A DNA stretch of 64,000 nucleotides from an uncultured delta proteobacterium (GTDB taxonomy: Bacteria > Myxococcota_A > Polyangia > Polyangiales > Polyangiaceae), in assembly GCA_963716725.1 (NCBI GenBank), contig CAVQUB010000007.1:176722-240721 (forward strand). The letters run 5' to 3'. A model generated the notes under the pieces. That model saw only the letters and a program-made list of their open reading frames with translations, was not told where the DNA came from and made no database searches. A program made the position numbers and the translations under genes. Positions 36,660-46,165 of the stretch are shown in pieces. Position 1 is the stretch's first letter; the number at the start of each line of letters is the position of its first letter.

Positions 36660-37478
36660 ATGAGTGATCTGATGGTGGGTCGACGTCTGGCTTCGGGCAT
36701 TGCGATCGCGATCGCGGTCACGGTCGGTTGCGGGATCGAGGAAGACGGCGCCGGCTTGTTTGCCACCGGTGGCTCGGGTGGCAGCACGGGGGGCACGCCC
36801 GGCGGCGGTGCCGGCGGAGCTGTCGGAGGATCAGGCGCCGCGAGCGGCGCTGGCGGCGCTGCAGGAGCTGGCGGTGGTGGAGCCGGAGGGGCCGCGGGCA
36901 GCGGCGGCGGCTCCGGTGGAAGTGCGGGCACTGGCGGAGCCGGTGGCACCAGCGGCAGCGGTGGCAGCGGTGGAACGACCGGCGGCAGTGGCGGCGCCGG
37001 CGGAACCACGGGCGGTAGCGGTGGAACGACCGGCGGCAGCGGTGGCACGACCGGCGGCAGCGGCGGAACGACCGGCGGTAGCGGTGGCACGACCGGCGGC
37101 AGCGGTGGCACGACCGGCGGCAGCGGTGGAACGACCGGCGGCAGCGGTGGAACGACCGGCGGCAGCGGCGGCAGCGGTGGAACGACCGGCGGCAGCGGCG
37201 GCGCAACGGGCGGGAGTGGTGGCAGCGGTGGCGTAGTCAACTGCTCGACCAAATTCAGCGGCGCGACGGGCGTGAACAACGTGTGCTCCAGCACGGTCGC
37301 CAACGAGTGCAAACTCAACTTCGACCCGGGCGACGCCAGCTGTCAGCAGATCTGCCAGACCGCCGGCGGAACCTGCAAGTCAGTGCACGACAACACCGGA
37401 ACCTGCGGCACTCAAACCTCCACGACGAGCTGCACCAACACTTCGTGGTCCAGCGCCATCTGCTTCTGCACCATGTGA
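36660..37478 (+). CDS. Gly-rich lipoprotein with GGTTGGS repeats and a Cys-rich C-terminal domain
   Basis: Lipobox TVGC, 21-bp repeats (~36960-37200), and a terminal Cys cluster. Confidence 0.75.
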   Translation: MSDLMVGRRLASGIAIAIAVTVGCGIEEDGAGLFATGGSGGSTGGTPGGGAGGAVGGSGAASGAGGAAGAGGGGAGGAAGSGGGSGGSAGTGGAGGTSGSGGSGGTTGGSGGAGGTTGGSGGTTGGSGGTTGGSGGTTGGSGGTTGGSGGTTGGSGGTTGGSGGTTGGSGGSGGTTGGSGGATGGSGGSGGVVNCSTKFSGATGVNNVCSSTVANECKLNFDPGDASCQQICQTAGGTCKSVHDNTGTCGTQTSTTSCTNTSWSSAICFCTM

Positions 37479-37545
37479 GATCCCCGGTGCGACCTGCCCG
37501 CCCCTTGCCGGCGTGGCTTGGAGCGGCGACCATCGCCCATCCGAC

Positions 37546-39099
37546 ATGACGTCCCTGCCCCCGACCGACAATCCGTTGCGCGCCGGAGTGCTCGAGGATC
37601 TGAGCGTCGATCCCTGCGTGCTCGTGATCTTCGGGGCGAGCGGTGACCTCACGGGCCGCAAGCTCTTGCCCGGCGTGTACGCGCTCGCCAAAAACCGCAT
37701 GCTGCCGAGCGCATTCGGGCTCGTCGGGTTCGCCCGGCGACCGATGAGCGACGACGATCTGCGTGGCAAAATGCGGACGGCAGTCGACAAGTACGCACGA
37801 CAGAAGCCGGTCGACGATCTGGTCTGGGACGACCTGGCCCGGGGCATGCGCTACGTGCAAGGGGCCTTCGACGACGCCGCGGCCTACGAGCAGCTGCGCA
37901 CGACCCTCGACGAGCTCGACAGCGAGCGCGGCACCCGCGGCGGACGCACGTTTTACCTGGCGGTACCTCCGGACGCGGTGCGGACCATCGTCGAGAACCT
38001 GGTGCGCGCCGGGCTCTGCCCGCCGCCGAGCACTGACGGCGCCCCCTACGCTCGGGTGATTGTCGAAAAACCCTTCGGCGTCGATCTCGCGTCGGCCAAG
38101 CAGCTCAATCGGGACTTGCTCGGCCTGCTCGACGAGCGACAGGTGTTCCGCATCGACCATTATCTGGGCAAAGAGACCGTGCAAAACCTGTTGGTCTTGC
38201 GCTTTGGCAACACCATCTTCGAGCCGATCTGGAACCGCAACCACGTCTCCCACGTCGAGCTCACCGTTGCCGAACACATTGGCATGGAAGGCCGCGGCAA
38301 GTTCTACGAACAGACCGGGCTCATGCGCGACATCGTGCAGAACCACGCGCTGCAGTTGCTGTCGCTGGTGGCGATGGAGGCGCCAGTAGCCTGGGACGCC
38401 GACGCCGTGCGTGACGAGAAGGTGAAGGCCTTGCGCGCGCTCCGACCCATCCGCAGCGTCGAGGAGGTCTGCGCTCAGGCCGTGCGCGGACAGTACGACG
38501 CCGGCGTGGTTCGCGGCGACGCGGTCCCCGGCTATCGTGAAGAGCCAGACGTCGCTGAGCACAGCGAGGTCGAGACCTACGTGGCCATCGCCGCGCGGGT
38601 GGACAACTGGCGCTGGGCCGACGTGCCCTTCTACCTGCGGGCGGGCAAGCGACTCGGCAAACGCGTGACGCAGATCGTGCTGCACTTCAAGCCGCTGCCC
38701 CACCCGCTCTTCGACACCAGCGCGATGAGCTTGCGCCAGCCGAACTCGTTGGTGTTGCGCATCCAACCCGACGAAGGCATCGCGCTGCGCTTTGCCAGCA
38801 AGATCCCCGGACAGGGCGTGGCGATGCGGGACGTCGCCATGGACTTTCGCTACGGGACTGCCTTCGGCCACGAGAGCCCGGAGGCCTACGAACGCCTCTT
38901 GCTCGACGCCATGCGCGGAGATGCCACGCTCTTCACGCGCCATGACGAGGTGGAAGCCCAGTGGTCCTTCGTGGATCCTATCCTCGGGGCGTGGCGGAAC
39001 AACCAGGCCCCGCTCGCGCGCTACGAGGCGGGCGGTTGGGGCCCTGCGGAGGCGGACGCCATGACGCTGCGCACGCAGCACCAGTGGAGCAAGCCGTGA
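37546..39099 (+). CDS. zwf: Glucose-6-phosphate 1-dehydrogenase
   Basis: IFGASGDL, VEKPFG, RIDHYLGKE, RDIVQNH and YERLLLDA. Confidence 0.96.
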   Translation: MTSLPPTDNPLRAGVLEDLSVDPCVLVIFGASGDLTGRKLLPGVYALAKNRMLPSAFGLVGFARRPMSDDDLRGKMRTAVDKYARQKPVDDLVWDDLARGMRYVQGAFDDAAAYEQLRTTLDELDSERGTRGGRTFYLAVPPDAVRTIVENLVRAGLCPPPSTDGAPYARVIVEKPFGVDLASAKQLNRDLLGLLDERQVFRIDHYLGKETVQNLLVLRFGNTIFEPIWNRNHVSHVELTVAEHIGMEGRGKFYEQTGLMRDIVQNHALQLLSLVAMEAPVAWDADAVRDEKVKALRALRPIRSVEEVCAQAVRGQYDAGVVRGDAVPGYREEPDVAEHSEVETYVAIAARVDNWRWADVPFYLRAGKRLGKRVTQIVLHFKPLPHPLFDTSAMSLRQPNSLVLRIQPDEGIALRFASKIPGQGVAMRDVAMDFRYGTAFGHESPEAYERLLLDAMRGDATLFTRHDEVEAQWSFVDPILGAWRNNQAPLARYEAGGWGPAEADAMTLRTQHQWSKP

Positions 39100-40139
39100 G
39101 CACGCGGGTCAGTGACTCGATCGCGCTCATCGAGCGGGATCTGCGCGCACTGTGGCAGCCCGATGACTCGGGCCGCACCAAGCCCCACGCGACTACCTTG
39201 AACCTGGTGGCGCTGCACGGCCAGAACGGCTGTTCGTTCCTCGAAACCCTCGAGGACGTCGCAGCGCGACTCGGGGCCCGCACCTTCGTGGTCAGCGTGG
39301 ACGGGCGCCTCGAGCCTTGGGCGCTCGAAGGCGACGTCAGCGCCGTGTGTCGGCTCGAACCGGGCACGCTGCGCGAAGCCGTCTGCGCCGAACGAGTGAC
39401 GCTGCGCTTTGGCAGCATGGTCGGCAAACGCGCGGGATCGATCTTGGACTCTCTGGTGGAGTCGTCGCTCCCGACCGCGGTGTTCGCGGGCCCCGGCGCG
39501 CCGGCGGCGATCCTCGATGCGCTGGCGCAAACGGCGGACGCTCTCGTCATCGACAGCGCGGAGGTGGGCGTGACTCGCGCCGCGGAGATCGCCGAGAGCT
39601 ACGGCGCTCAATCGCACGACTTGGCCTTCATCCGCACGCGCCGCTGGCGCGAAATGCTCGCGCGCATCTTCGACGAACCGGCGCTGCGGCCCGCGCTCGC
39701 GCGCGTTCGGTCGCTCAGCGTCGTGCACGCCGAGCGCTCCGACCACCGCGGCGCCAGCGCCGAGGCGGAGTTGCTCGTCGGCTGGCTGGCCGCACGGCTC
39801 GGCTGGAGGCCCGCGTTCACGGACGCGGCCGGCAAGTCGGTCCAGGTCGATGTGTCCAGCGCCGCCCGCCCGGACGTCATCCCAGGCTGCATGCTCTCCG
39901 TCGAGCTGATCGCCGATCTGCCCGCCGGCGCGCTGCGGGCGCGCGTCGATCGCGACACCGACGGCGAGCACCTGAGCTGGACCGTCGAATCGCCGGCGGC
40001 ACCCGCCCAGGTGCGCCGCTTCGCCACCCCGCGCCGCGACGACGCCGAGCTGGTGGAGCGGGCAATTCGCAGCTTTCAGGCGGATCAGTTGCTGCGAGAG
40101 ACCTTGGCGTTCTGCCGGAGTTGGAAGACCCATGCCTGA
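39096..40139 (+). CDS. opcA: G6PDH assembly protein OpcA
   Basis: TLNLV, VIDS, DLAF.R...WRE and LVGWLAARLGW. Lies between zwf and pgl. Confidence 0.8.
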   Translation: MSTRVSDSIALIERDLRALWQPDDSGRTKPHATTLNLVALHGQNGCSFLETLEDVAARLGARTFVVSVDGRLEPWALEGDVSAVCRLEPGTLREAVCAERVTLRFGSMVGKRAGSILDSLVESSLPTAVFAGPGAPAAILDALAQTADALVIDSAEVGVTRAAEIAESYGAQSHDLAFIRTRRWREMLARIFDEPALRPALARVRSLSVVHAERSDHRGASAEAELLVGWLAARLGWRPAFTDAAGKSVQVDVSSAARPDVIPGCMLSVELIADLPAGALRARVDRDTDGEHLSWTVESPAAPAQVRRFATPRRDDAELVERAIRSFQADQLLRETLAFCRSWKTHA

Positions 40140-40815
40140 AATCCTCGTCGTTGCGGACGCGGCCGAGCTCGCGAGCCGCGCCGCCAGCGCGATGCGCGAG
40201 ATCATCGATCGGGCCATTGCGGCTCGCGGCGTCGCATTGGTTGCGCTGTCCGGCGGCTCGACGCCTGGAGCGGCCTACCGGCTCTTGGCCGCCAGCGGGC
40301 TCGATGCCGAGCGCTGCCGGTGGTACTTCGTCGACGAACGGTGCGTACCGCCCGAGAGCGAACGCAGCAACTACCGCGCGGCCAAGCGCGACCTCTTCGA
40401 CACTCTGTCCAGCGCGCACGTGACCCGCATGCGAGGAGAGGCGGGCGCCATCGAGGGCGCGCGCGAGTACTGTCGAGTGATCGAAGAGCAGGTGCCGCGC
40501 TTCGATCTGATCGTGGCCGGCATCGGCAGCGACGGCCACACGGCCTCGCTCTTTCCGGGCACAGGCGCCGTGCGAGAACACGCCGTCGTCGTCGCCGTCG
40601 AGCCGGGCGGCGATCTCGAGCCGCGTATCAGTTTTGGACGAGCGACGTTGCTCGGAGCGCGTCGCGTCTTGGTCCTCGTCAGCGGCGAATCCAAGCGCGA
40701 GGCGCTAGCCCGGGCCCTGAAGGCCGGAGATGAAGACGAGGTGCCGGCGAGGCTGTACTTGGCGGCCGAGACCGGAGTCGTCACCTTCGTCGTGGACCGC
40801 GCGGCGGGCGGCTAG
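40132..40815 (+). CDS. pgl: 6-phosphogluconolactonase
   Basis: ALSGGSTP, DERCVPP..SNY, GSDGHTASLFP and VSGESK. Confidence 0.93.
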   Translation: MPEILVVADAAELASRAASAMREIIDRAIAARGVALVALSGGSTPGAAYRLLAASGLDAERCRWYFVDERCVPPESERSNYRAAKRDLFDTLSSAHVTRMRGEAGAIEGAREYCRVIEEQVPRFDLIVAGIGSDGHTASLFPGTGAVREHAVVVAVEPGGDLEPRISFGRATLLGARRVLVLVSGESKREALARALKAGDEDEVPARLYLAAETGVVTFVVDRAAGG

Positions 40816-40880
40816 TGCCGCGCGGCAGAAGTTTCGCTGGTCCCCCCTCCGTGTGCGTGTCGTCGGTGTAGTGGGGTGAC

Positions 40881-42033
40881 ATGATCGACTACAGCGCGTT
40901 CGCGGGTCGAGCGCACGGTGGTCGTCCGACGGTTCCGCTCGCGCTGAGGGCTGAAGAGCGCGCGCGGATCGAGGAGGCGTTGCGACCCGCCAGGGCGGAG
41001 CAGCGGCTGGTTCGTCGGGCGCAGGCCGTGTTGATGATGGCGGACGGAGTGCCTGCGACGGACATCGCCGGGCTCCTCGGGGTGCACGTGCGCACGGTGG
41101 ACGACTGGCGCAAGCGCTTCGACTGCGCGGCACCTAGCGAGAGACTGGCGGACGTCCCGCGCTCGGGACGGCCGCCTCTCTCTCTCGGACACCGTAGCGG
41201 CTCGAGTAGAAGCAGAAGCGTGTCGACCGCCGAGCGACGTCGGCGTGCCCGTCACGCACTGGTCAGCGTCGTTGCTTGGCGTGCACGTTCGCGCGCAAGG
41301 AATTCAGATCAGCGACCGGTCGGTGGGCCGCATACTCAAGGATGCTGACCTGCAACCGCATCGGCAACAAATGTACCTGACTTCGCACGACGACGAGTTC
41401 AGGGGGAAGCGCGACGACGTGCTGCGCGTCTACTACGAGACGCCAAAGAAGGAGCACATCGTGTGCGTCGACGAGAAGACCGGCATCCAGGCGCTCGAAC
41501 GCCGCTACGCTGACATTCCGATGGTGGCCGGACAGCCCGTCCGCCGCGAATTCGAGTACGTCCGCCATGGCACGCTCTGCTGGATGGGAGCGCTCGATGT
41601 CCGCCGCGGCAAGCCGTTCGGCTTCATCTCGGACGGGCACGACAGCGACACCTTCGTCGAGCTACTCGACGTCATCGAGGCGGTCTACCCGCCGGGTCGT
41701 GGCCACATCATCATGGACAATCTCTCCGCCCACGACACGCCCGACGTGAACGAGTGGTTTGACGAGCACCCACGCTGGACGCGCCACTTCACGCCGAAGC
41801 ACGCGTCGTGGCTCAACCAGATCGAGTGCTGGTTCTCGATCCTCACGCGCCAACTTCTCGCACGAGGCTCGTTCACGTCAACCGACGACCTCGCGGCGAG
41901 GATCGACGCGTACGTCGCGTGGTATCTGCAGACCGACCGACCCTTTCGCTGGTCGTACCGCCCCAAGTCGTGGGCCGAACCCAGAAAAACCCCCTCACTT
42001 TCGGCGAAGAAAGCCGCAACTGTTTCGGAGTGA
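40881..42033 (+). CDS. IS630 transposase split in two frames at a (CT)5C tract (41176-41186)
   Basis: The HTH part ends PRSGRPP. The second frame continues SDTVAARVEAEACRPP..THWS, VDEKTGIQAL, EYVRHGT, IMDNLSAH and TPKHASWLNQIECWF. Confidence 0.9.
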
Positions 42034-42050
42034 GGCCCGACCACACGGGG

Positions 42051-42548
42051 ATGGCACAGGAAGGGCGAAAGCTTGGAAGATTTGGGGATGGGACGGACGA
42101 GGTGATCGGTGCGCTGATCGAGGTGCATCGGCATCTCGGTCCAGGGCTGATGGAATCCGCATATGAGGCCTGTCTATCTGCCGAGCTGTCGGAAAACGAC
42201 GGCTCAAGTTCGAGCGGCAGCGACCGCTACCAATCCGCTACAAAGGCGTACACCTTGACTGCGCCTATCGCCTCGACCTGGTCGCTTCCAGATCGTATCC
42301 TCCTGGAGCTCGAGGCGGTCGAGCGGCTGCTCCCGATTTACGAAGCGCAGGTCATCACCTATCTGCGTCTTTCGCGGTTGCCCGTCGGCCTGCTCGTCAA
42401 CTTCAACGTGACCGCGCTCAGAAATGGCCTGCGGAGGCTAACGCCTGACCACCCCAAATCCTTCCGCTCTTCCGCCCTTCCTGTGAGAGCCCAAATGAGC
42501 GCAGGTCTCAGGGGCGAATCCACTCGAACTTCGGCCGCGCGGCACTAG
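42051..42548 (+). pseudogene. GxxExxY family (PD-(D/E)XK-like) protein with two compensating frameshifts
   Basis: EVHRHLGPGLMESAYEACL and EAQVITYL...GLLVNFN. The central RQRPLPIRYKG..LDCAYRLDL lies in another frame between ~42195 and ~42290. ELE occurs where ELK is usual. Confidence 0.85.
42055..42485. repeat. ~33-bp imperfect inverted repeat pair (42055-42087 and 42452-42485) enclosing the GxxExxY gene
   Basis: Left CACAGGAAGGGCGAAAGCTTGGAAGATTTGGGG, right (reverse complement) CACAGGAAGGGCGGAAGAGCGGAAGGATTTGGGG. Confidence 0.88.
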
Positions 42549-42549
42549 C

Positions 42550-43821
42550 TCATTCGATGACGGGGCCAGCGCAGCCGTACACCACGTCGATGTCCTTGAC
42601 CGTGCCGCTCTTCAGTTGAGTGCACGAGCTGCCGTTGAAGGACAGCTTCTTGGTCACCGGATCGTAGCTCCAGCCGTTCGCGCCGTCTTTGGCCACACCG
42701 GTCGGATCGTCGTTGAAGTAGACGAAGATCTTGCTGGTATCGGGCGGTGTGCTGTCGAGCACGTAGTCGCAGGTCGCGACGGCGTCCGCGATCTTGTCGA
42801 AGGCCGCGTCGAGCTGAGTCTGGTTCGAGGCCGGCACCGACTGCGTGGTGCCGCCGGCTGCCGCGATGGCGTCGATGGCCGCCGGGTTCACCCCGAGTCC
42901 GATCACGTAAGTCTTCACCGAAGGCGCCTGCGCCAGGAGCTTTCCCGATCCGCAGGGCCCATTGCAGGAGCCCACGCACTCGCCGCTCTCGCTGCCGTCG
43001 GTCAGAAGGATGACGACGTTGTTGCGGGTTGGATCTTGCAGGGTGCTCTCGCCGACGAGGGCGGCCAGGCTCTTGCCGGTGCTCGTCTCGGGATCACCGC
43101 TGTCGCACAGGTACTTGATCTTGCCGCCGGAGGTGCCCTGACCGTTCGAGCTGCCCTGATCGATGGTGGTGGACAGAAAGCCGTTGATGGCGCCCGCGTT
43201 CTTGTCAGCGATGGGCACGACGATGCTGCCGGCGGAGCAGCCACCGCTCTTGCACGCCGAGTAAGTGGCCAGCCCGAAGCGCAGCTCGGCGTCGAACTTG
43301 GTGGTGACCACCGAGATGGCCTTCTTGGCGACGTTCCAGCGCGTATCGCCGCCGGCGTTTCCATCCATGCTACCGCTCCGGTCGAGCAGGATCATCACGT
43401 TGGGCGCGACCTGAGTCAGCTTGAACTCGCTCTTGCCACAGCCCGCGCCGAGCTCGCACAGCTTGCTCGCGGCATTGCAGACGTGGTTCTGAGCGCAATC
43501 GCCATCTTGGTTGCAGCTGCCCGGCGGGAGGCATTTCTTGGAACCTTTGCCGCACACCTCCGGCGCGGTGCAGTCGCCGTCGGCGCCGCAAGATCCGGTG
43601 GCAACACAGACCTTGGCCACGCTGCAGAACTGACCGGACTTGCAGTCCGACTTGCCGGCGCACGAGGCCGGCGGCGTGCCGCCCGAACCGCTGCTGCCCC
43701 CGCCGCTTCCGCCGTTGGTGACGCCGCCGTTGCCGCCGCCTGCAACTCCCTGAGGGTCCTCGCTCGAGCAGGCCAAAACCGCCAGCGGGACCAGAGCCAA
43801 CGCCGCAAGCACCGCACGCAT
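42550..43821 (-). CDS. Cys-rich von Willebrand factor A domain lipoprotein
   Basis: GGAGG RBS, lipobox VLAC, MIDAS LDRSGSM, ILLTDG and TYVIG. Confidence 0.85.
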   Translation of the reverse strand: MRAVLAALALVPLAVLACSSEDPQGVAGGGNGGVTNGGSGGGSSGSGGTPPASCAGKSDCKSGQFCSVAKVCVATGSCGADGDCTAPEVCGKGSKKCLPPGSCNQDGDCAQNHVCNAASKLCELGAGCGKSEFKLTQVAPNVMILLDRSGSMDGNAGGDTRWNVAKKAISVVTTKFDAELRFGLATYSACKSGGCSAGSIVVPIADKNAGAINGFLSTTIDQGSSNGQGTSGGKIKYLCDSGDPETSTGKSLAALVGESTLQDPTRNNVVILLTDGSESGECVGSCNGPCGSGKLLAQAPSVKTYVIGLGVNPAAIDAIAAAGGTTQSVPASNQTQLDAAFDKIADAVATCDYVLDSTPPDTSKIFVYFNDDPTGVAKDGANGWSYDPVTKKLSFNGSSCTQLKSGTVKDIDVVYGCAGPVIE

Positions 43822-43925
43822 GGGGACCTCCTCGTCAGAGGATAGCGCGATTCGAGCGGGACCGCTCCGCTTCGCGCCGCGGGTGCCTCGACAACGCTCA
43901 CGATGGACGGTAATTGAGCCGCACC

Positions 43926-45245
43926 ATGCGCATTGCGGTCGTTGGTTCGGGATACGTGGGGCTGGTAGCTGGGGCGTGTTTTGCGGATGTCGGAACCGAC
44001 GTGGTCTGCGTCGATGTGGACGAGGCCAAGCTCGAGAAGCTCCGGCGTGGCGAGGTGCCCTTCTTCGAGCCGCGGCTCGACGATCTGGTGAAGCGCAACC
44101 ACCCCGATCGCCTCCGCTTCAGCTCCAACCTGGCCGACAGCATCGCCGGGCGCAAGCTGGTCTTCGTGGCGGTGGGCACGCCGCCCAACGAGGACGGTTC
44201 GGCCAATCTGCAGCATGTGCTCAAGGTGGCCGAAGACGTGGCCAAGACCGCCACCAACGATCTGGCCTTGGTGATGAAGAGCACGGTGCCGGTGGGCACC
44301 AACAAGAAGGTGCGCGAGGTGGTGGCGCGCCACGCCAAACACCGCATCGACGTCGTCAGCAATCCCGAGTTCTTGAAGGAAGGAGATGCCGTCAACGATT
44401 TCTTGAAGCCCGACCGGATCGTGGTCGGGGTGGACAGCGACGATGCCTTCGAACTGCTGTCGCGCCTCTACGCGCCCTTCAACCGCCAGACCAGCCGCAT
44501 CCACCGCATGAGCCCCGAGAGCGCCGAGATCGTGAAGTACGCGTCCAACGCCATGCTCGCGACCAAGATCTCTTTCATGAACGAGATCGCACGCCTCTGT
44601 GACGTGGTGGGCGCTGACGCCGAGCACGTGCGACTCGCCGTCGGAAGCGACGAGCGCATCGGCCTTCAGTTCTTGTACCCGGGCCTGGGCTTCGGTGGCA
44701 GCTGCTTCCCCAAAGATCTGCGCGCGCTGGTGCACACCGGCGCACAGTTCGGCACGCCCATGGGCGTGGCCGAGGCCGCGACTCGCGCCAACGAGGTGCC
44801 CGTGCGCTCGGTGCTCGAGCACATGGAACGCGATCTCGAGGGGCTCGCAGGCAAGACCATTGCCGTGTGGGGCCTCGCCTTCAAGCCGCGCACTGACGAC
44901 GTGCGCGAGGCGCCGGCGCTCAAGCTGATCGAGCACCTGGTCAACAAGGGCGCGCGGGTCCGGGCCACCGACCCTCAGGCGCGCGAAACAGCGCTGGTGC
45001 GGCTGAAGGAGGTCGGAATCACCGAGAAGGTCGAGATCCTCGCTGACACCTACGAGACCTGCCGTGGCGCCGACGCGCTGGTGGTCGCCACCGAGTGGAA
45101 TCAATTTCGCTCGCCGGACTTCGATCGCATCCGCGAGCTGATGCGGGGACGACACGTGTTCGACGGACGCAACTGCCTCGTGCCCGCCAGCGTCGGAGAC
45201 GCGGGCCTGTGCTACCGCGGCATGGGCCGGCCGCCGGTGGGCTGA
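43926..45245 (+). CDS. ugd: UDP-glucose 6-dehydrogenase
   Basis: VVGSGYVGL, KSTVPVGT, SNPEFLKEG, GFGGSCFPKD, GLAFKP and FDGRN. Confidence 0.93.
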   Translation: MRIAVVGSGYVGLVAGACFADVGTDVVCVDVDEAKLEKLRRGEVPFFEPRLDDLVKRNHPDRLRFSSNLADSIAGRKLVFVAVGTPPNEDGSANLQHVLKVAEDVAKTATNDLALVMKSTVPVGTNKKVREVVARHAKHRIDVVSNPEFLKEGDAVNDFLKPDRIVVGVDSDDAFELLSRLYAPFNRQTSRIHRMSPESAEIVKYASNAMLATKISFMNEIARLCDVVGADAEHVRLAVGSDERIGLQFLYPGLGFGGSCFPKDLRALVHTGAQFGTPMGVAEAATRANEVPVRSVLEHMERDLEGLAGKTIAVWGLAFKPRTDDVREAPALKLIEHLVNKGARVRATDPQARETALVRLKEVGITEKVEILADTYETCRGADALVVATEWNQFRSPDFDRIRELMRGRHVFDGRNCLVPASVGDAGLCYRGMGRPPVG

Positions 45246-45286
45246 GCTTGGGCCTTCCCGACTTCCTGTGAATCCGCTGGAGTAGA

Positions 45287-46063
45287 TCAGCGTCGCGCGC
45301 GGAGCTTCGCGCCCGAAGTGCCGGCCCCGAGGGTCTTGCGTGGCGGCGTCTTGCGCTGAACCTTGCGGTCGGCGGCGTCCCGCACGATCGCGATCTTCTG
45401 CCAGATCTTGTGCGAGAGCCCGGTCGTCAGCTCTTCGACCTCGTCGACGGCTGCGAGCACGACGGCGTCGGACATGCGAGCCGAATAGAGCGCCGCGACT
45501 TTGCCGATCAGCGCCAACAACTCCGTCGAATAGTCGAGGTAGCGGTTGAGCTCGAAGTCCGTCATCGCGCGTTCCGGCGACGACTCGGTGCGCGGTCCCG
45601 AGGCCAGCAGCACATCGGGATCTTTGGTCAGCTGATGCATGTCGACGATGTGCGCCAGGGCCCTGAGCTCGTGCAGCGCGGCCAGGGCGCGGCTGCGCTT
45701 CAGCCGGCTCTCGAGCGTGACCAAGAAGAGCATGCCGCCACCGATGAAGAACAGCGACTCGAGTGAGGCGTCCAGCGTCTGGACCAGCTCCGTGCCCGCG
45801 CGGATCTGCCAGCTGAGGTGCAACGCCGGCGCCACCACGAAGAGCACCGCGACCAGACCCACCACCAGGGCCCAGACGCCGCCGCGGAGCGCGAGGTTGG
45901 GGCGCTCGAGGGCGACGACGCGGTCGGCGGCGCCGCGCGCGACCCGGGCGACCTCCCGGGCAACCTCCGTCAGGCTCGCCTTCGGGAAGCGCTCCTCGAT
46001 GCGCCGCACCAGGAGGTCGACCGTGGTGACGATCTGAGCAGCGTCGAGGTTTCGGAAGGGCAT
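45287..46063 (-). CDS. Conserved hypothetical membrane protein
   Basis: Two TM helices followed by LHELRALAHIVDMHQLTKDP, RYLDYS and KIWQKI. Confidence 0.75.
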   Translation of the reverse strand: MPFRNLDAAQIVTTVDLLVRRIEERFPKASLTEVAREVARVARGAADRVVALERPNLALRGGVWALVVGLVAVLFVVAPALHLSWQIRAGTELVQTLDASLESLFFIGGGMLFLVTLESRLKRSRALAALHELRALAHIVDMHQLTKDPDVLLASGPRTESSPERAMTDFELNRYLDYSTELLALIGKVAALYSARMSDAVVLAAVDEVEELTTGLSHKIWQKIAIVRDAADRKVQRKTPPRKTLGAGTSGAKLRARR

Positions 46064-46165
46064 GGCGACCGCCCCGAGCGTCCCCCGAGCCGGCGACGCG
46101 TGGCAAGTGCCCGGCGAAGCACAGCCTGTCAGCGCTGCGCAGACCGGCGCCGCGCGTGGGCCCCG

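Larger units (their letters stand above)
40815..42545 (+). mobile_element. IS630-family insertion sequence (1731 bp) with passenger DNA
   Basis: Terminal inverted repeats GTGCCGCGCGGCAGAAGTT (left) and GTGCCGCGCGGCCGAAGTT (right, reverse complement). TA at 40813-14 and 42546-47 within CTAG. Contains an IS630 DDE transposase. Confidence 0.92.

Noticed and set aside
40815..42545. RNA-guided (TnpB/IscB-like) cargo in the IS
   Set aside because: The passenger is a GxxExxY protein, with no RuvC, HNH or zinc-finger motifs.
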